A stretch of 64,000 nt of DNA, taken from positions 126,234,001 through 126,298,000 of the forward strand of contig CM059432.1 of NCBI GenBank assembly GCA_030390025.1, written 5' to 3'. Position numbers and translations under genes: made by a program. The stretch is from Squalus acanthias (Eukaryota). The notes beneath the pieces were generated by a model. It saw nothing but the letters and a program-made list of their open reading frames with translations. It made no database searches and had not been told where the DNA came from. This document shows positions 39,215-51,686 of the stretch, one piece after another; within the stretch, counting starts at the first letter, position 1; every line of letters begins with the position of its first letter.

Positions 39215-40022
39215 AAAAAGAGCTTCCATTTACAGGAAACTCTTTATTAACCGGCACCCAAATATCCGGAAATCTCTCTTAACCGGCAAAATTCTTGAGT
39301 AGGTAACCGGGGTTTTCCTTCATCTCTCGTTTAAAATTAACTTTTAAAAAAACCCCGAGGCATTTGCCTTGTATCGGAGCATGTAGATTGGGAGGGGAAT
39401 GTGAAGCCCGGGTAGGCAGCGGACACGACAGATGGTCAGCTGGCGGTCCCCGGGGAGACTGAGCTCCGAATGCAGGCGCATGTCAGTGTGTACGGGGCTC
39501 TCGTACGTTGGGAGATATAACTCTCCGTTATCCGGACTTTTTGATTAACCGGCACCACGCCGGTCCCGTCGGTGCCGGTTAATAAAGAGTTTCCTGTATA
39601 TAGCTCCTTTCACGGCCTCAGGACATCTCAAGAGCTTCACAGCCAGTGAAGTACTTTTGAAGTGTAGTCACTGTTGTAATGTAGAAAATGTGGCATCCAA
39701 TTTTCACACAGCAAGTTCCCACAAATAGTAATGAGAAAATGACCAGATAATCTATTTTAATGATGTTGGGTGAGGGATAAATATGGGCCAAGTAACAAAG
39801 GAGAACTCCCCTGCTCTTCTTCGAATAGTGCCATGGGATCTTTTACGTCTACCCAAGAGGGCAGATGGGGCCTCGGTTTAATATTTTATCTGAAAGATGG
39901 CACCTCCGGCAGTGCAGCACTGAATTGTCAGTTTAGATTATATGCTCAAATCTCTGGAGTGGGACTTGAACCCATGACCTTCAGACTTGAGAGGCAAGAG
40001 TGTTACGACTGAGCCAAGGCTA
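39215..40022 (-). mobile_element. tRNA-headed SINE interrupted in its tail by the mariner MITE
   Basis: Reverse A box (CTGAGCCA) and B box (GGACTTGAACC); tail CATTTA|TATAGC split by the insertion. Confidence 0.82.
39233..39596. mobile_element. Tc1/mariner-type (Tigger/pogo-like) MITE
   Basis: Perfect 26-bp TIR CAGGAAACTCTTTATTAACCGGCACC, TA target duplication, internal copies of TTAACCGGCA. Confidence 0.92.
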
Positions 40023-40329
40023 ACACCTGTTACCCCCAGACCCAGCCAAAACCAAGAGGCCTTCATTAATTTATCCTGACTCCTGCACCAAGAGTTGGAC
40101 TGTAAATCAAAGAATGATGAGCAGAGAGAATAAAGCGATGTCCCACATTTCTGAGGTCAGTAACCCACGTTGCAGTCAGAAGGTTACGCAGTGTGGGAGA
40201 ATTATGGGTTTACTATTTCTACAGGGGCTGTGTGTACTACATATTCCACATGAACTCTCTCAAGCAGATGAATGGAAGATGTACCCCCCCACCTAAATTG
40301 TTTTTCTATCTGATCAGAAAAGATCTGTG

Positions 40330-40490
40330 TAAATAAAAATAAAAACTGCAAATCTGAAATAAGAACAGAAAATGCCCCAAAAAAAACCCCAGTTCTGATT
40401 AAGGGTACACTCCTGAAACATCAGTCACCTGTCTTTCTCTTCATAGATACTGGCAGACCTGCTGTGTATTTCCAGCATTTTCTCTTTTTT
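40330..40490. mobile_element. foldback Penelope-like fragment with degenerate hammerhead
   Basis: AATCTGAAATAAGAACAGAAAATGC ... GCATTTTCT; AGTT-CTGATTA-AGGG..CCT-GAAAC. Confidence 0.55.
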
Positions 40491-41754
40491 TAGTGAAGTG
40501 CTGTTCTTGTGTAGAATGTTAAACTGCTGCTCTACTTTTAATTCCATGTTGACGGCCACCTACAGGGGCTTTACGAAGGATCTCTCAGTTGCCTGTACAG
40601 ATTTCATTGATAATTTCACACTTCATAAATTCTTGTGTAGCCAGCGGGAACGCTGAGGCCACAGGTGGATGTGCGGGGAGCTGTGAGCTGGCGGAAAGAG
40701 CTGATCTGTCAGCTGCTGTAATGCGAGTTAATCTGCCAGCGGGATTAGAACCATTGAATTTTACAGCACAGAAGGCTGTTTGGTCCATTGTGCCATGCCA
40801 GCTCTCTGAAAGAACTATCCACAGTCCCATTCTTCTGCCCATTCCCTACACCTTGTTATTTTTTTCTTTTTCAAATGTTTATCCACTTCTGTTTTAAAAG
40901 TTATGGATTTTGCTTCCACTACTGTTTCTGGTAGGACATTCGTGTCCTCTGTGTGTGTGTATATATAAATAAAATTCTCCTAATCCCTCCTCTTTTTTTG
41001 TGATGATTCTGAATTTATATCTGCTAGATACTGACGAGTTGAAATAGTTTCTTTCCCAATTTACCGTATAATTTTGAATGCCTCGAACAGATTTCCTTTT
41101 CACCTTCTTTGCTGTAGGGCAACTGTAGTATCCCTATTGTCGGACCGGCTGAGATCCACTAACTCCGCACAGACCAGGCATTTCTTCATTTCCAACTTCC
41201 TTTGTCTGTGTAGCTCACCACATGATCCGCTTACTGACAAAGAAATAGGGAAGCTCTTGTGAACTATCTTTTTTTTCCATTTCCTCCAAAGCTGGTCTGT
41301 CATTTTCAGAAGGCAAACGGCTGCTTTGCTGCAAAGTTTGATTAAATTTATCAGGAATATGCACTTTTTGCTGTCCATTGCCCTGAGGAGCTGAGATAGA
41401 GTTCCATCGTTGCCAGCTGCACTCCAGTATCTCACACAAGTCACAATTCTTCACGTGTGCTCACACGTTGACAGGCTATTTGACTGTGGGGATCGTTGCA
41501 GCCAAGACCATCCTGCCCATAAGAACTTACCAGCAAAGGTAACTGGATAGCGGGAGGGTGGAAGTCTGTCTGTGTTCCCCTCACCTCCCCCCACACCAAC
41601 CCACCCTCTTACCTCCGCCAAAGGTGCTAAGGTATGGAGTACCACTCCCACTGTCACTGTGGTTGAGATGTGGTGGTTCAGTACCACGCCTGGCCATTAG
41701 TGAACATCAAGACTACCCACTTTTAAAAGTGGTGGAACATTTTTCAAAATAGAA

Positions 41755-42150
41755 GTAACAGTTTGCATTGAAATAGTGCCTTTCACAACCTCAAGCTGTC
41801 CCAACACGCTTCACAGCCATTGGAGTATTTTGAATTGTAGTCACAGTTGTAATGTAGGGAAATGTGATTGCCAATTTGCGCACAGCAAGGTCTTACAAAC
41901 AGCAGTGGGATAAATGATCTGTTTTTTTTTAGTGAGGTTGGTTGGGGGGATAAATGTTGGCCAGGATACTGGGAGAATGCCCCTGCTCTTCTTCAAATAG
42001 TGTCATGGGATCTTTTACGTTCACCTGAGAGGGCAGATACGATCTCAGTTTGATGTCTCATCCAAAAGACGGCACCTCCGACATTGCAGTACTCCCTCAG
42101 TACCGCACTGAAGTGGCACCACAGATTATGTGCTCAAGCCTCTAGAATGA
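41755..42150 (-). mobile_element. SINE copy (same family as 12580)
   Basis: Colinear with 39600-39960. Confidence 0.78.
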
Positions 42151-42556
42151 GAAAACTTGAGCACATAATCGAGAAATAGTTTTATGATTTTGTTACTGGA
42201 TTTTGGTAAAAAGGTGAAGTGAGAGACTCTATCCAAAGAGTAAACCTGGGTAAACTGGGTTTAAAACTGTTCACAGGAATTTACCGTTAACATGATTCCA
42301 TAGCCAGCAGTGAATGTAACCAGTGTGATTAGAAAATGATTTGGGGATTTTCAATTTCAGTGCAGTTAAAAGGACACCACCATCATGAATATGTGTTTGG
42401 CAGATCTTTTTTTGGTCTGCTATCAGCATGAATAAGTCTTCTGATTTTGGGATTAAGCTCAATAGTTATCACCTGAAAGATGAATAGCAAAATGAGGGTT
42501 AAAGCTGATAAAGATGTAACCTCAGCACCAGCACACTGCAGTCCTAGTGTGATCAA

Positions 42557-43640
42557 AGAAATAGGAGCTGGAGTAGGCTATTCGGCCCTTCGCGCCTGCT
42601 CCGCCATTCAATAAGAACATGGCTGATCATCTACCTCAACTCCACCTTCTCGCACTATCACCATATCCCTTAATACCCTTCGTTCCCAAAAAGTTATCAA
42701 CCTCTGTCTTGAATATACTCAACGACTGAGCATCCATAGCTCTCTCAGGTAGAGAATTCCAAAGATTTACAACCCTTTAAGTTAAGAAATTTCTCCTCGT
42801 CTCCGTCCTAAATGGCTGACCCCTTATTCTGAGACTGTGACCCCGTGTTCTAGATTCCCCAGCCAGGGGAAACATTTTCTCAGCATTAACCCTGTCAAGC
42901 CCCTTAAGAATTTTATATGTCTCAATTAGATCACCTCTCATTCTTCTAAACTCTAGGGAATATAGGCCTAGTCTACTCAATCTCTCCTCAGGGGGCAATC
43001 CCCTCATCCCAGGAACCAGTCTAGTGAACCTTCATTGCAAGTATATCTTTCCTTAGATAAGGAGACCAGAACTGTACACAGTACTCCAGATGTGGCCTCA
43101 CCAATGTCCTGTATAATTGTACTAAGACTTCTTGGGGGGAAAAATTCAGTATCGCCCCATTTGGGGCGCAATTATCAGCCGGGTGCAAAGATTAGCGGCT
43201 GGCGCTAATTATCGCCTCCGACTGCAAACTTGACTTTTATCGCCCCTGGAGGTGATTGGAGTGCTAAATCAGGTGCTACACATCTGTCTTAAGGCGCAAA
43301 GGCCGAGGAGCGAGGCGCTAACTCAGAGCGCTGGCGAAGCTCGTGTGATGTCAGTCAGCAATGGAACACAGACACAATGGCACGGGCCAGTTCTTAAAGG
43401 GGAGGGTTGATCTCGCTTTCCATCCACATCCTGCTCATTGCAGCCTTGAATCTCGGCCTGGAGAGACCTGTACATCAAATCTGCTGGAAAGAACAATGGA
43501 GAGAACCAGGGAAAGAGCTCAGAGTGCAACCCCCAAAGTCTCTTCTAAATCGATACAAGGAAGGGCAAATCAAAATGAACCTGCAAAGTTCTGCTCAGTA
43601 CCCAAAACTCCTTCACACAGCGTTGAATCTCTCCAGAAGT

Positions 43641-43679
<39 letters not shown>

Positions 43680-44928
43680 AATGTGTGGTTCAAAAATGTC
43701 ACCAACAAAAAAAGGCAGGAAGCGGTTACCTTTAAATAGCGCTCCCCCAGTCCCTTCCTGACTGCAAAACGCTCCCCTCAACCTGTCGTTGCTAGCGGCA
43801 GGCGGTAAGCCAGGGGGCGCCACTCAATATCCGCTCCGGGGCGCTACCGCTGCGTTGCGCACTCGACTGACGTCACGATCTGCTGGCGCAGGAGATCGTG
43901 GCGGTAGTGTTTAGCGCCGCCGCAAAATGTCTAGTTAATTTCGCGAGCGGCGCAATCATCGCCGCGCCCAGGCGCTAGTTGCTTTGCGCCCCATTAGCGC
44001 CCTCTTAAGGCGCTAACGGGAGGCGCAACCAACTGAATTTTCCCCCCCCTTTACTCTTATACTCTAATCCCTTTGTAACAAAAGCTAATATACCATTTGC
44101 TTTCCTAATTGCTTGCTGTACCTGCATGCTAACTTTCTGTGATTCATGTACAAGAACACTCGGGTCCCTCTGAGTGCAAACATTTCCTGGTCTCTCACCA
44201 TTCAAAAAATATTCTGCTTTTTTGTTTTTCCTACCAAAGTGGATAACTTCACACTTCCCCACATTGTATTCTATTTGCCATGTTCTTGCCCACTCAGTCA
44301 ACCTGTCTATATCTCTCTGCAGCCTCTTTGCGTCCTCTTCACAGTTTACTTTCCCACCTAACTTTGTATCATTAGCAAACTTGGATATGTTACACTCAGT
44401 CCCTTCATCTAAGTCATTAATATAGATTGTAACTAGCTGAGGCCCAAGCACTGATCCTTGCTGTACCCCGCTAGTTAGAGCCTGCCAACCCGAAAAAGTC
44501 CTGTTTATTCCTACTCTCTGTTTTCTGTCCATTAACCAATCTTCAACCCATGCTAATATATTACCCCCAATCCCATGAGTCCTAATTTTATGTAATAACC
44601 TCTTGTGTGGCACCTTATCAGATGCTTTTTGAAAATCCAAATACACTACATCCACTGGTTCCCCCTTATCCATCCTACTAGTTACATCTTCAAAAAACTC
44701 TTAACAGATTTGTCAAACACGATTTCTCTTTCATAAAACCATGTTGATTCTGCCTAATCATATTAAGTGCTCTGTTACCACGTCCCTAATAATAGATTCT
44801 AGCATTTTGCCTACTACTAATGTCAGGCTAACTGGCCTATAGTTCCCCGTTTTTTCTCTTCCTCCTTTCTTAAATAGCGGGGTTATGTTTGCTACCTTCC
44901 AATCCTTGGGGACTGTTCTAGAATCTAG
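42557..44928 (-). mobile_element. CR1 LINE 3' half (RT), interrupted by a MITE
   Basis: ORF 44005-44673 YLDFQKASDKV, QGSVLGP, FANDTKL; NYRPVSLT; 3' UTR. Confidence 0.93.
43134..44048 (-). mobile_element. Harbinger MITE family A copy 2
   Basis: GGGGGGAAAAATTCAG / CTGAATTTTCCCCCCC, CTT duplication; reverse complement of 3049-3943; internal (CT)n. Confidence 0.9.
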
Positions 44929-45653
44929 CACTGTATATGCAGCACTTTGCCAGTTTAGTGCAAAGGAGCACTTCATCCTCTCTCAGTACTGATTGATAGC
45001 ATTGTACAGCACACCTTCACCCGCCTGCTTCACATACAGATGCTCAACAACGTTCCATAGGGGAGGCAGCAGCTAATAATGGATGACGGCTCCTTTTAGC
45101 ATATTACTTTGTGAAGACCATTGTGAGAGTTTATTACTTCCAAGTATTTTATTGGTTCCTTTCAAACTGTTACTGATTAAGCCTGAAATTTTGCCATTCC
45201 AAATAGCCGGTTTTATTTTTGACTTGATAAAACATGGATTTGCTTGGATCTGATTTCACTCGATTTTTCTTTTGTTATTGTTGTTACCCAAACTCAGAAA
45301 AAAACGTACAAATCAGATACCTAAGCATGAACGGACAATGTAAATTGAGTCCCAACACATCAGTGCATTGTAAAAACATTGGGGACGATTTTCTCACTGG
45401 AGGCGGGTTTCGGTTTGGGTGGGTTCGAAACCCGCCTCCACTGATAGTTTTGAAAAAATTGCGTTTTTCCCCTGATTGGCCAGTTGATTTCAGAGGTGTG
45501 GGTTGCCCTTGATCAATTAGTGTTTTGGGACTGAAACTCGCCTCTGCTGACATCACTTTTCCAGCCTGAGCTAAGGGCTGCTTGCTGCCTTGGATCATTC
45601 CACTGGATTTCTGCCAATGCTGCACCACCTGCAACATATTTTGAGAAACCCAT

Positions 45654-47021
45654 GGGGGCGATTTTCTGACTGGAGGCGAGATGGAGGCGAGTTTCGGTTT
45701 GGGTGGGTTTGAAACCTGCCTCCACTGATAGTTTTCAAAAAATTGGGATTTTCCCCTGATTGGCCACTTGATTTCAGAGGTGTGGGATGCCCTTGGTCAA
45801 TTAGTGTTTTAGGACTGAAACTCGCCTCTGTTGACAGCACTTTTCCAGTCTGATTTTATGGCTTCTTGCTCCCTTGGCTCATTCCACAGCATTTCTGCCT
45901 ATGCTGCACCACCTGCAACATATTTTGAGAAACCACTATGTCCAATTCCAAGGCAAGGGCCTCCCCGAGGCTCTCGGATGAGGCGCTGCAAATGTTGTTT
46001 GAGGGGGTGACAGCTAGCATGGAGGTGCTCTTCCACTCATCTGGGAGGAAGAAGCCAAAGAAACCTCTGTGGGTGCAGCTGGCAAGGGATATAACCTCCA
46101 GATCTGTGTGCAGATTGGGAGAATGTTTATGCGTATTGATGAAATGCCATCCCTGTTGGAAAGCATTAAAATGATTTGATGGCAAAATGTTGGCGTTATG
46201 GCATCTGGTCTTTCGCCTTAGGCAGCTCCACATTGCGGGCTCCACCACACTTGCATGGTCAGGTTGGTGGCCTGAGTGAAAGGAGGCCAGAGAGTCATGT
46301 CCATTGTCAATGAAGTCCTAGGATGGAGCCAAGGACATGTGCCAACTTGGGCAACCTATGCAAATCTGGCCAGGATAAGTTCATCCCTTGCATCCCGGGC
46401 AGCCACGTGCTCGCGTGCTGCCGCTGCAGCTGGTCGATACACCGGCGCTCTGACCTCCTCCTCCTCCTCCTCCTCATCTGAGGTCCATGCAGAAAGAAAA
46501 CAAATGGTTCCCATGCTGCTTGCAGATGCCTCCTTTGGGGAAGCGCTCATTGCAAGCGGGGAGAGGGTCTTCCAAGGAGGTCCCATAGTTGATTGATTCA
46601 AGCTACAGCACCTCCAACTTTGAAAGGCCTTCTAAAAGTGCTCAGAGACCTTTTAAAGCCAAGATCTGGCACCTGCAAGTAATTCTTGATGCAATAAAGG
46701 ATGTCTTGTTAGACCTGCAGCTGTGAGGAGGCCACCCACGAGTCAACCCGCCAGGTTTACCTGGCGTGGTTCAGGAGGTGCGTGGATCACGCCGAAATCC
46801 TCAAGAAATCACGAGATCCTCTCAAAATAGGCTTAGAGAGGCCCTTAACGAGCATTTAATGATCACAAGTATCGCTATGGCCAGCTGGAGGCAGGACCGT
46901 TTCCCGACCTCCAAAACCGGCACCAGCAAAATCCCGCGGAGGCGGGTTCTGAACCCGCCCTCACTGAATCTGGTTTTCCCGCTTCCAAACCCACCTCCTT
47001 CAACGGCAGAAAACCGTCCCC
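45654..47021. mobile_element. internally deleted copy of the same Harbinger nested in the outer element
   Basis: TIRs GGGGGCGATTTTCT / AGAAAACCGTCCCC; duplicates both ends of the outer element; outer sequence resumes at ACTATGTCC (47022). Confidence 0.85.
45938..46112 (+). pseudogene. truncated Myb/SANT-like ORF (second copy at 47025-47210)
   Basis: MSNSKARASPRLSDEALQMLFEGV...VLF...W.QLA..I..RS, then similarity stops. Confidence 0.75.
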
Positions 47022-47452
47022 ACTATGTCCAATTCCAAGGCAAGGGCTTCATCCGAGAAACTCGGGGAAGTGCTGCAAATGTTGGTTGAGGGGGGTCACA
47101 GCTAGCAGGGAGGTGCTCTTACACTCATCTGGGAGGAAGAGGCCTCCCAAAGAAACCAAGGCTGCGTGGGTACAGCTGGCAAGGGATATAACCTCCAGAT
47201 CTGTGTGCAGATTGGGTGAATGTTTATGTGTATTGATGAAATGCCATCCCTGTTGGAAAGCATTAAAATGATTTGATGGCAGAATGTTGGCGTCATGGCA
47301 TCTGTTCTTTCGCCTTAGGCAGCTCCACATTGCGGGCTCTGCGACACTTGCGTTGGCAGGTTGGTGGCCTGAATGAAAGGAGGCCAGAGAGTCGTGTCCA
47401 TTGTCTATGATGTCTTAAGATGGAGCCAAGGACATGTGCCAACTTGGGCAAC

Positions 47453-48708
47453 CTATGCAAATCTGGCCAGGATAAGTTCATCCCTTGAATCACGGGCAGC
47501 CATGTGCTCGCGTGCTGCTGCTGCTGCTAGTCGATAGACCGGCGTGCTCTCCTCCTCCAGCTCCTCCTCCTCCTCCTCATCTGAGGAGGCCTGGAACTGA
47601 GCCACTTGCTCATCAGGAAGCTGCAAGCCACGACGCTGTGCCATGTTGTGCAGTGCACAGCAGACCACGACCATTCTGGAGACCCTGTATGGTGTATACT
47701 GCAGGGCTCCACCTGATCGGTCAAGGCATCGGAAGCGCATCTTCAACAACTCAATGGTTTGCTCGATGATGGACCTGGTCGAAGTGTGGCTGGCGTTGTA
47801 GCGCTCTTCAGCCTCGTTAGCTGACCTCCTGATCGGCGTCATTGGCCACTTCTTCAGGGGATAGCCTTTGTCACCAAGGAGCCATCCGTTAAGTTGGTTT
47901 GGCGGATTGAAAAGCGGAGGAACACTAGAGTGGCGCAGGATGAAAGAGTCATGGCAACTACCACAGAACTTGGCGCAAAGATGCAAGAACTCCTTGTGGT
48001 TACACACCAGCTGTACGTTGAGGGAATGGAAGCCCTTTCGGTTGACAAAGATAGCTGGGTTGTGGTGGGGTGCCCTAAGAGCCACATGTGTGCAGTCTAT
48101 GAGGCCCTGCACCATTGGCATGCCTGCCATATTTGCAAAGCCAACCGAACGCGGTTATACTTGCTTGATCCCTTGAGAACTGGATGTAATTGTGGGCCTT
48201 AGCGAAAAGGGCATCGGTAACCTGGGTCATGCAACTGTGAGCGGCCGACTGGGAGATGCTGCTGATGATCCCTGGAAGGAGCCTGAGACAAAGAAGTTGA
48301 GTGCGGTGGTGACTTTGACAGCCACTGGTAATGGGTGTCCACCCGCTCCTCTGGGCACCAGGTCTTGCTGCAGTAGTCCGCAGATCTCTCGGACAACCTC
48401 TCGCGAAAGTCTCAGCCTCCTTTGGCACTGCTGCTCACTCATGTTGAGGTAGCGCATCCTCTGTAAACCCTCTGTTGGGGGTATCTCCTGCGGCGAGGTG
48501 CCTCGATGCGCTGGCGCCTTCTGCCCTGTGCAGCATCAGGTGGGTGAGCAGGAGGTTGGGGCTCCTGCTGCTGTTGCTCCTGAGCTGGCTGAGCAGGAGG
48601 TTGGGGCTCCTGCTGCTGTTGCTGCTGAGCTGCCTGGTTCTGCTGTTGCTGTGGATGCTCCTCATCCGAATCTGAGGTCCATGGTGAAAGAAAACGAATG
48701 GTTCCCAT
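47453..48708 (-). pseudogene. Harbinger/HARBI1-like DDE transposase, frameshifted
   Basis: [49 protein letters not shown]-terminal RLRLSRE and L.FF.SG HTH region split across about three frameshifts; Q-rich leader. Confidence 0.93.
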
Positions 48709-50050
48709 GCTGCTGGCAGATACCTCCGTTGGGGAAGCGCTCATTGCAAGCGGGGAGAGGGTCTTCCAAGGAGGTCCCACAGTTGATAGATTCAAGCTGC
48801 AGCACCTCCGACTTTGGAAGGCCTTCTAAAAGTGCTCAAAGACCTTTTAAAGCAAAGTTCTGCCACCTGTAACTAATCCCTGATGAAATCTCCGATTTAA
48901 TGTTGGACCTGCAGCTGTGAGGAGACCACCCACTAGTCAACCCGCCAGGTTTAGCTGGTGTGGTTTAGGATGATCGTGGAACACGCCAAAATGGTCGAAA
49001 AATAACGAGGGCCTCTCCAAAATAGGCTTAGAGAGGCCCTTAACGTGCATTTAAGCTTCTTAACAACCTCTCTGGCCAGCTGGAGGCGGGACCGTTTCCC
49101 GCCCTGCAAAACCGGCACCGGCAAAATCCCGCGGAGGCGGGTTCCGATTTTCCCGCCTTTCCCGCCTCCAAACCCGCCTCTTCGGGGCTCAGAAAATCGC
49201 CCCCGTTGTTTTACTTGCAAGTGACCTCAACAAAATAAAAGTATACATTTCTCATTAGAACACATCTTATTGGGTCAAACTTTGATTAGAGAAATCATTG
49301 CCATTTGGAGGTCTGATTATATCTGCTTGCAAACACAAAAGTTCGAAATTCAAAAGTATGGGTGAGGTGAAGACTGAATACTTGACTGACACCACGAGGC
49401 CACTCTTCAGTGTATAGCCTGCCTCTTCCTTGTGACCAGGGTCCCACAGATCTTCAATGTTATGAAAAGCACAACGTTGGATGGTTAATGATAAACTCCG
49501 GCGCTCTGGAGATCCCTCCTTTGAATAGGAAGAGATTAGTTCAACTTATTTAAACATTTTACTTGTTAAATCTGGTTTATGGGCTGTTGCTACTGATGAA
49601 TGTAAGGAAAATGGGATATAGGGAATGAAGTTATAAATTAATTTCGCATTACAAAATGGTGCATTGTTCCAACCTGACTGAATGATACTGACTGAATCTG
49701 AGATTACACTGTGATTAGAAGATATTAAGGCTAATTTTACAAAATTGAGTCCTTGCTGCAGAGCCTCACTCACCAGAAGCATATATTGGTAATTTGGGCT
49801 TCTCCACCCCATGATTTTCCAGCCATTAGTTTTAATCGGCAGAAAATGGCAGAGTGCATTCTTGGTTGCTGACCGGTGCTTCAGATGGCAAGGCTCCACT
49901 CTGGGAGCATGATTTCATAAAATGAGCTCTGTTATTAATCAAAATAATTATGAAATCAAAATTCTACTGCAGTTCTGTGGTGATTTATTTCCCTGTAACA
50001 CTGGCAAATTTATAAATGTATTTTCAGCGTTGAAATGTTTGTATTTCTAG

Positions 50051-50136
50051 TCCTGCTGTACGTACGGAAAGAGTCTGATGAGGTCTTTGATGCCTTGATG
50101 CTGAAGTCTCCGACGGTGAAGGGGCTGATGGATGCA
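50051..50136 (+). CDS. grhl2: grhl2 coding exon (about exon 14), dimerisation domain
   Basis: TAG/GTAAGT; (V)[28 protein letters not shown]; 86 bp. Confidence 0.96.
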
Positions 50137-50304
50137 GTAAGTGCGTTACTTTTATCTTAAAGTCTGAGCAGGTCCCTGACTCAAATTTAAGTGCAGGATG
50201 CCATGCTGGAGCAGCAAGCAGTAGGATGCAGGTGTGAGTTACTAATGTCAGCTGTTTCTGCACTGAGACAGAGGCAGAATTAGAGGGAGGGGGAAGTGAG
50301 TGTG

Positions 50305-51018
50305 TGACCTCGATTTTAAACCCCCTCGTCCAGCGAGAATGGTGTGTGGGAGGTGTTAAAATCAGTCCGAGTTGACTTACCGGCCTGAGGTCGTTCGCTT
50401 CCATCTGTGCCATTTCATCTTCACTGAATTTCAAGTTGGCCAAGGCTCTCACTATAGATAGGTGGGGTCCTACTTTAAATTCAAAAGTCATGGCCCGATG
50501 ATGCCGCGACCTGATCTTAACAAAAAGTCAGGCACTGACAAAAAGTGGGAGGCACTGACTGGCCAGAAGACGCCAAGGTAAGTTTTAAAAATTACTTGAC
50601 AGAACTCTTTGTGGGCCAGGAGGAGGATAAGGAGTGCTCCCCTAGACCCCGCAAGGAGTCCTTGGATCTTCCCAGCCTTAGCCTCACCCCCGATCGTGGT
50701 GGAACCTTCCCCGAACACCTCTGCACCACCCTGACCTCCTCCCCTGCCAATTGCTTCCAGACCCCTCCTCCCACTGACAGACGAGGACCGCTCCCATAGA
50801 TCCCCGGCTGCAGCCTCCTGCTGCCAAATTCCTGCTCACGCTCGGCAGCCAGGGTGTGATTCTGGCCGGGACTCCGGGAACTTTTATTTAAATGAGGCTC
50901 TGCCATTAAGATCGACAAGGTCTCCACGTCCTTGGACTCTCAGGTGCACTGCCCGCTTTGGGGCACGCACGCACCATTTCTGCTCCCTCCCCCCCCCACC
51001 CCCATCATAATCGGGTCC
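50305..51018. mobile_element. Harbinger-like MITE, diverged
   Basis: GACCTCGATTTTA / TAATCGGGTCC-like termini, GC-rich body. Confidence 0.4.
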
Positions 51019-51043
51019 AGTGTGTGCGTGAAAGCACCTAGTG

Positions 51044-51243
51044 AGCCAGGCAGCATCTGTGGAGAGAGAAACAGAGTTAATGTTTCAGGTCAATGACCCT
51101 TCGTCAGAACTGGCAAAATGGGTCATTGACCTGAAACGTTAACTCTGTTTCTCTCTCCACAGATGCTGCCTGACCTGCTGAATATTTGCAGCATTTTCTG
51201 TTTTTATTTCAGATTTCCAGCATCCGCAGTATTTTGCTTTTGT
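51044..51243. mobile_element. foldback Penelope-like insert
   Basis: 11-bp TSD AGCA(C/A)CTAGTG (51033-51043, 51244-51254); about 52-bp inverted repeat 51048-51099 versus 51120-51171. Confidence 0.82.
51075..51111 (-). ncRNA. minimal hammerhead ribozyme motif
   Basis: Minus strand AGTT-CTGACGA-AGGGTC ATT GACCT-GAAA-CATT-AACT; stem III AACGTT decayed to AACATT. Confidence 0.68.
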
Positions 51244-51621
51244 AGCAACTAGTGGGTGTTGGCAGAGGTCTTGGAGCAAGTAGTCCACCCATCCTGTTGG
51301 ATTGGTAAATGACTGAAGAGTGAGAGGAGGGGCATGAAAATAGAGGACACTTACACACTAAGCATTGGGCAATGGAATGGTTGGGTATGGGTTTCCATGT
51401 TAATTATATTCAACCATTGAAATTTGTTTGGAATTTTTCAGTCTTGACTCTGGGCCCATTGTTTAAAAAAAAATTCCCAGTTTGGGAAACCCACCATAGC
51501 CAAAGAATTCCTGAATAATTGAATTTTGAAGGCACTAATCTTTGAGCTCTTGAACAGATTGGCCCAAAGAACTGATGGACAAGGAATGCTAATTCTCCCT
51601 CCTTTTTCTCTGTGATGACAG

Positions 51622-51686
51622 TTATCTGACAAGTATGGATTTCCAGCAGAAAAGATCGGAAAGATTTACAAGAAGAGTAAAAAAGG
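51622..51686 (+). CDS. grhl2: grhl2 coding exon (about exon 15)
   Basis: CAG/GTAAG; LSDKYGFPAEKIGKIYKKSKK(G); 65 bp. Confidence 0.95.

Larger units (their letters stand above)
45381..49204. mobile_element. PIF/Harbinger element (outer), transposase retained, Myb/SANT gene truncated
   Basis: TIRs GGGGACGATTTTCT / AGAAAATCGCCCCC; subterminal AACCCGCC repeats; convergent genes. Confidence 0.88.

Noticed and set aside
47453..48130. Domesticated HARBI1 host gene
   Set aside because: Flanked by TIRs, several frameshifts upstream, and located in an intron; a transposon relic
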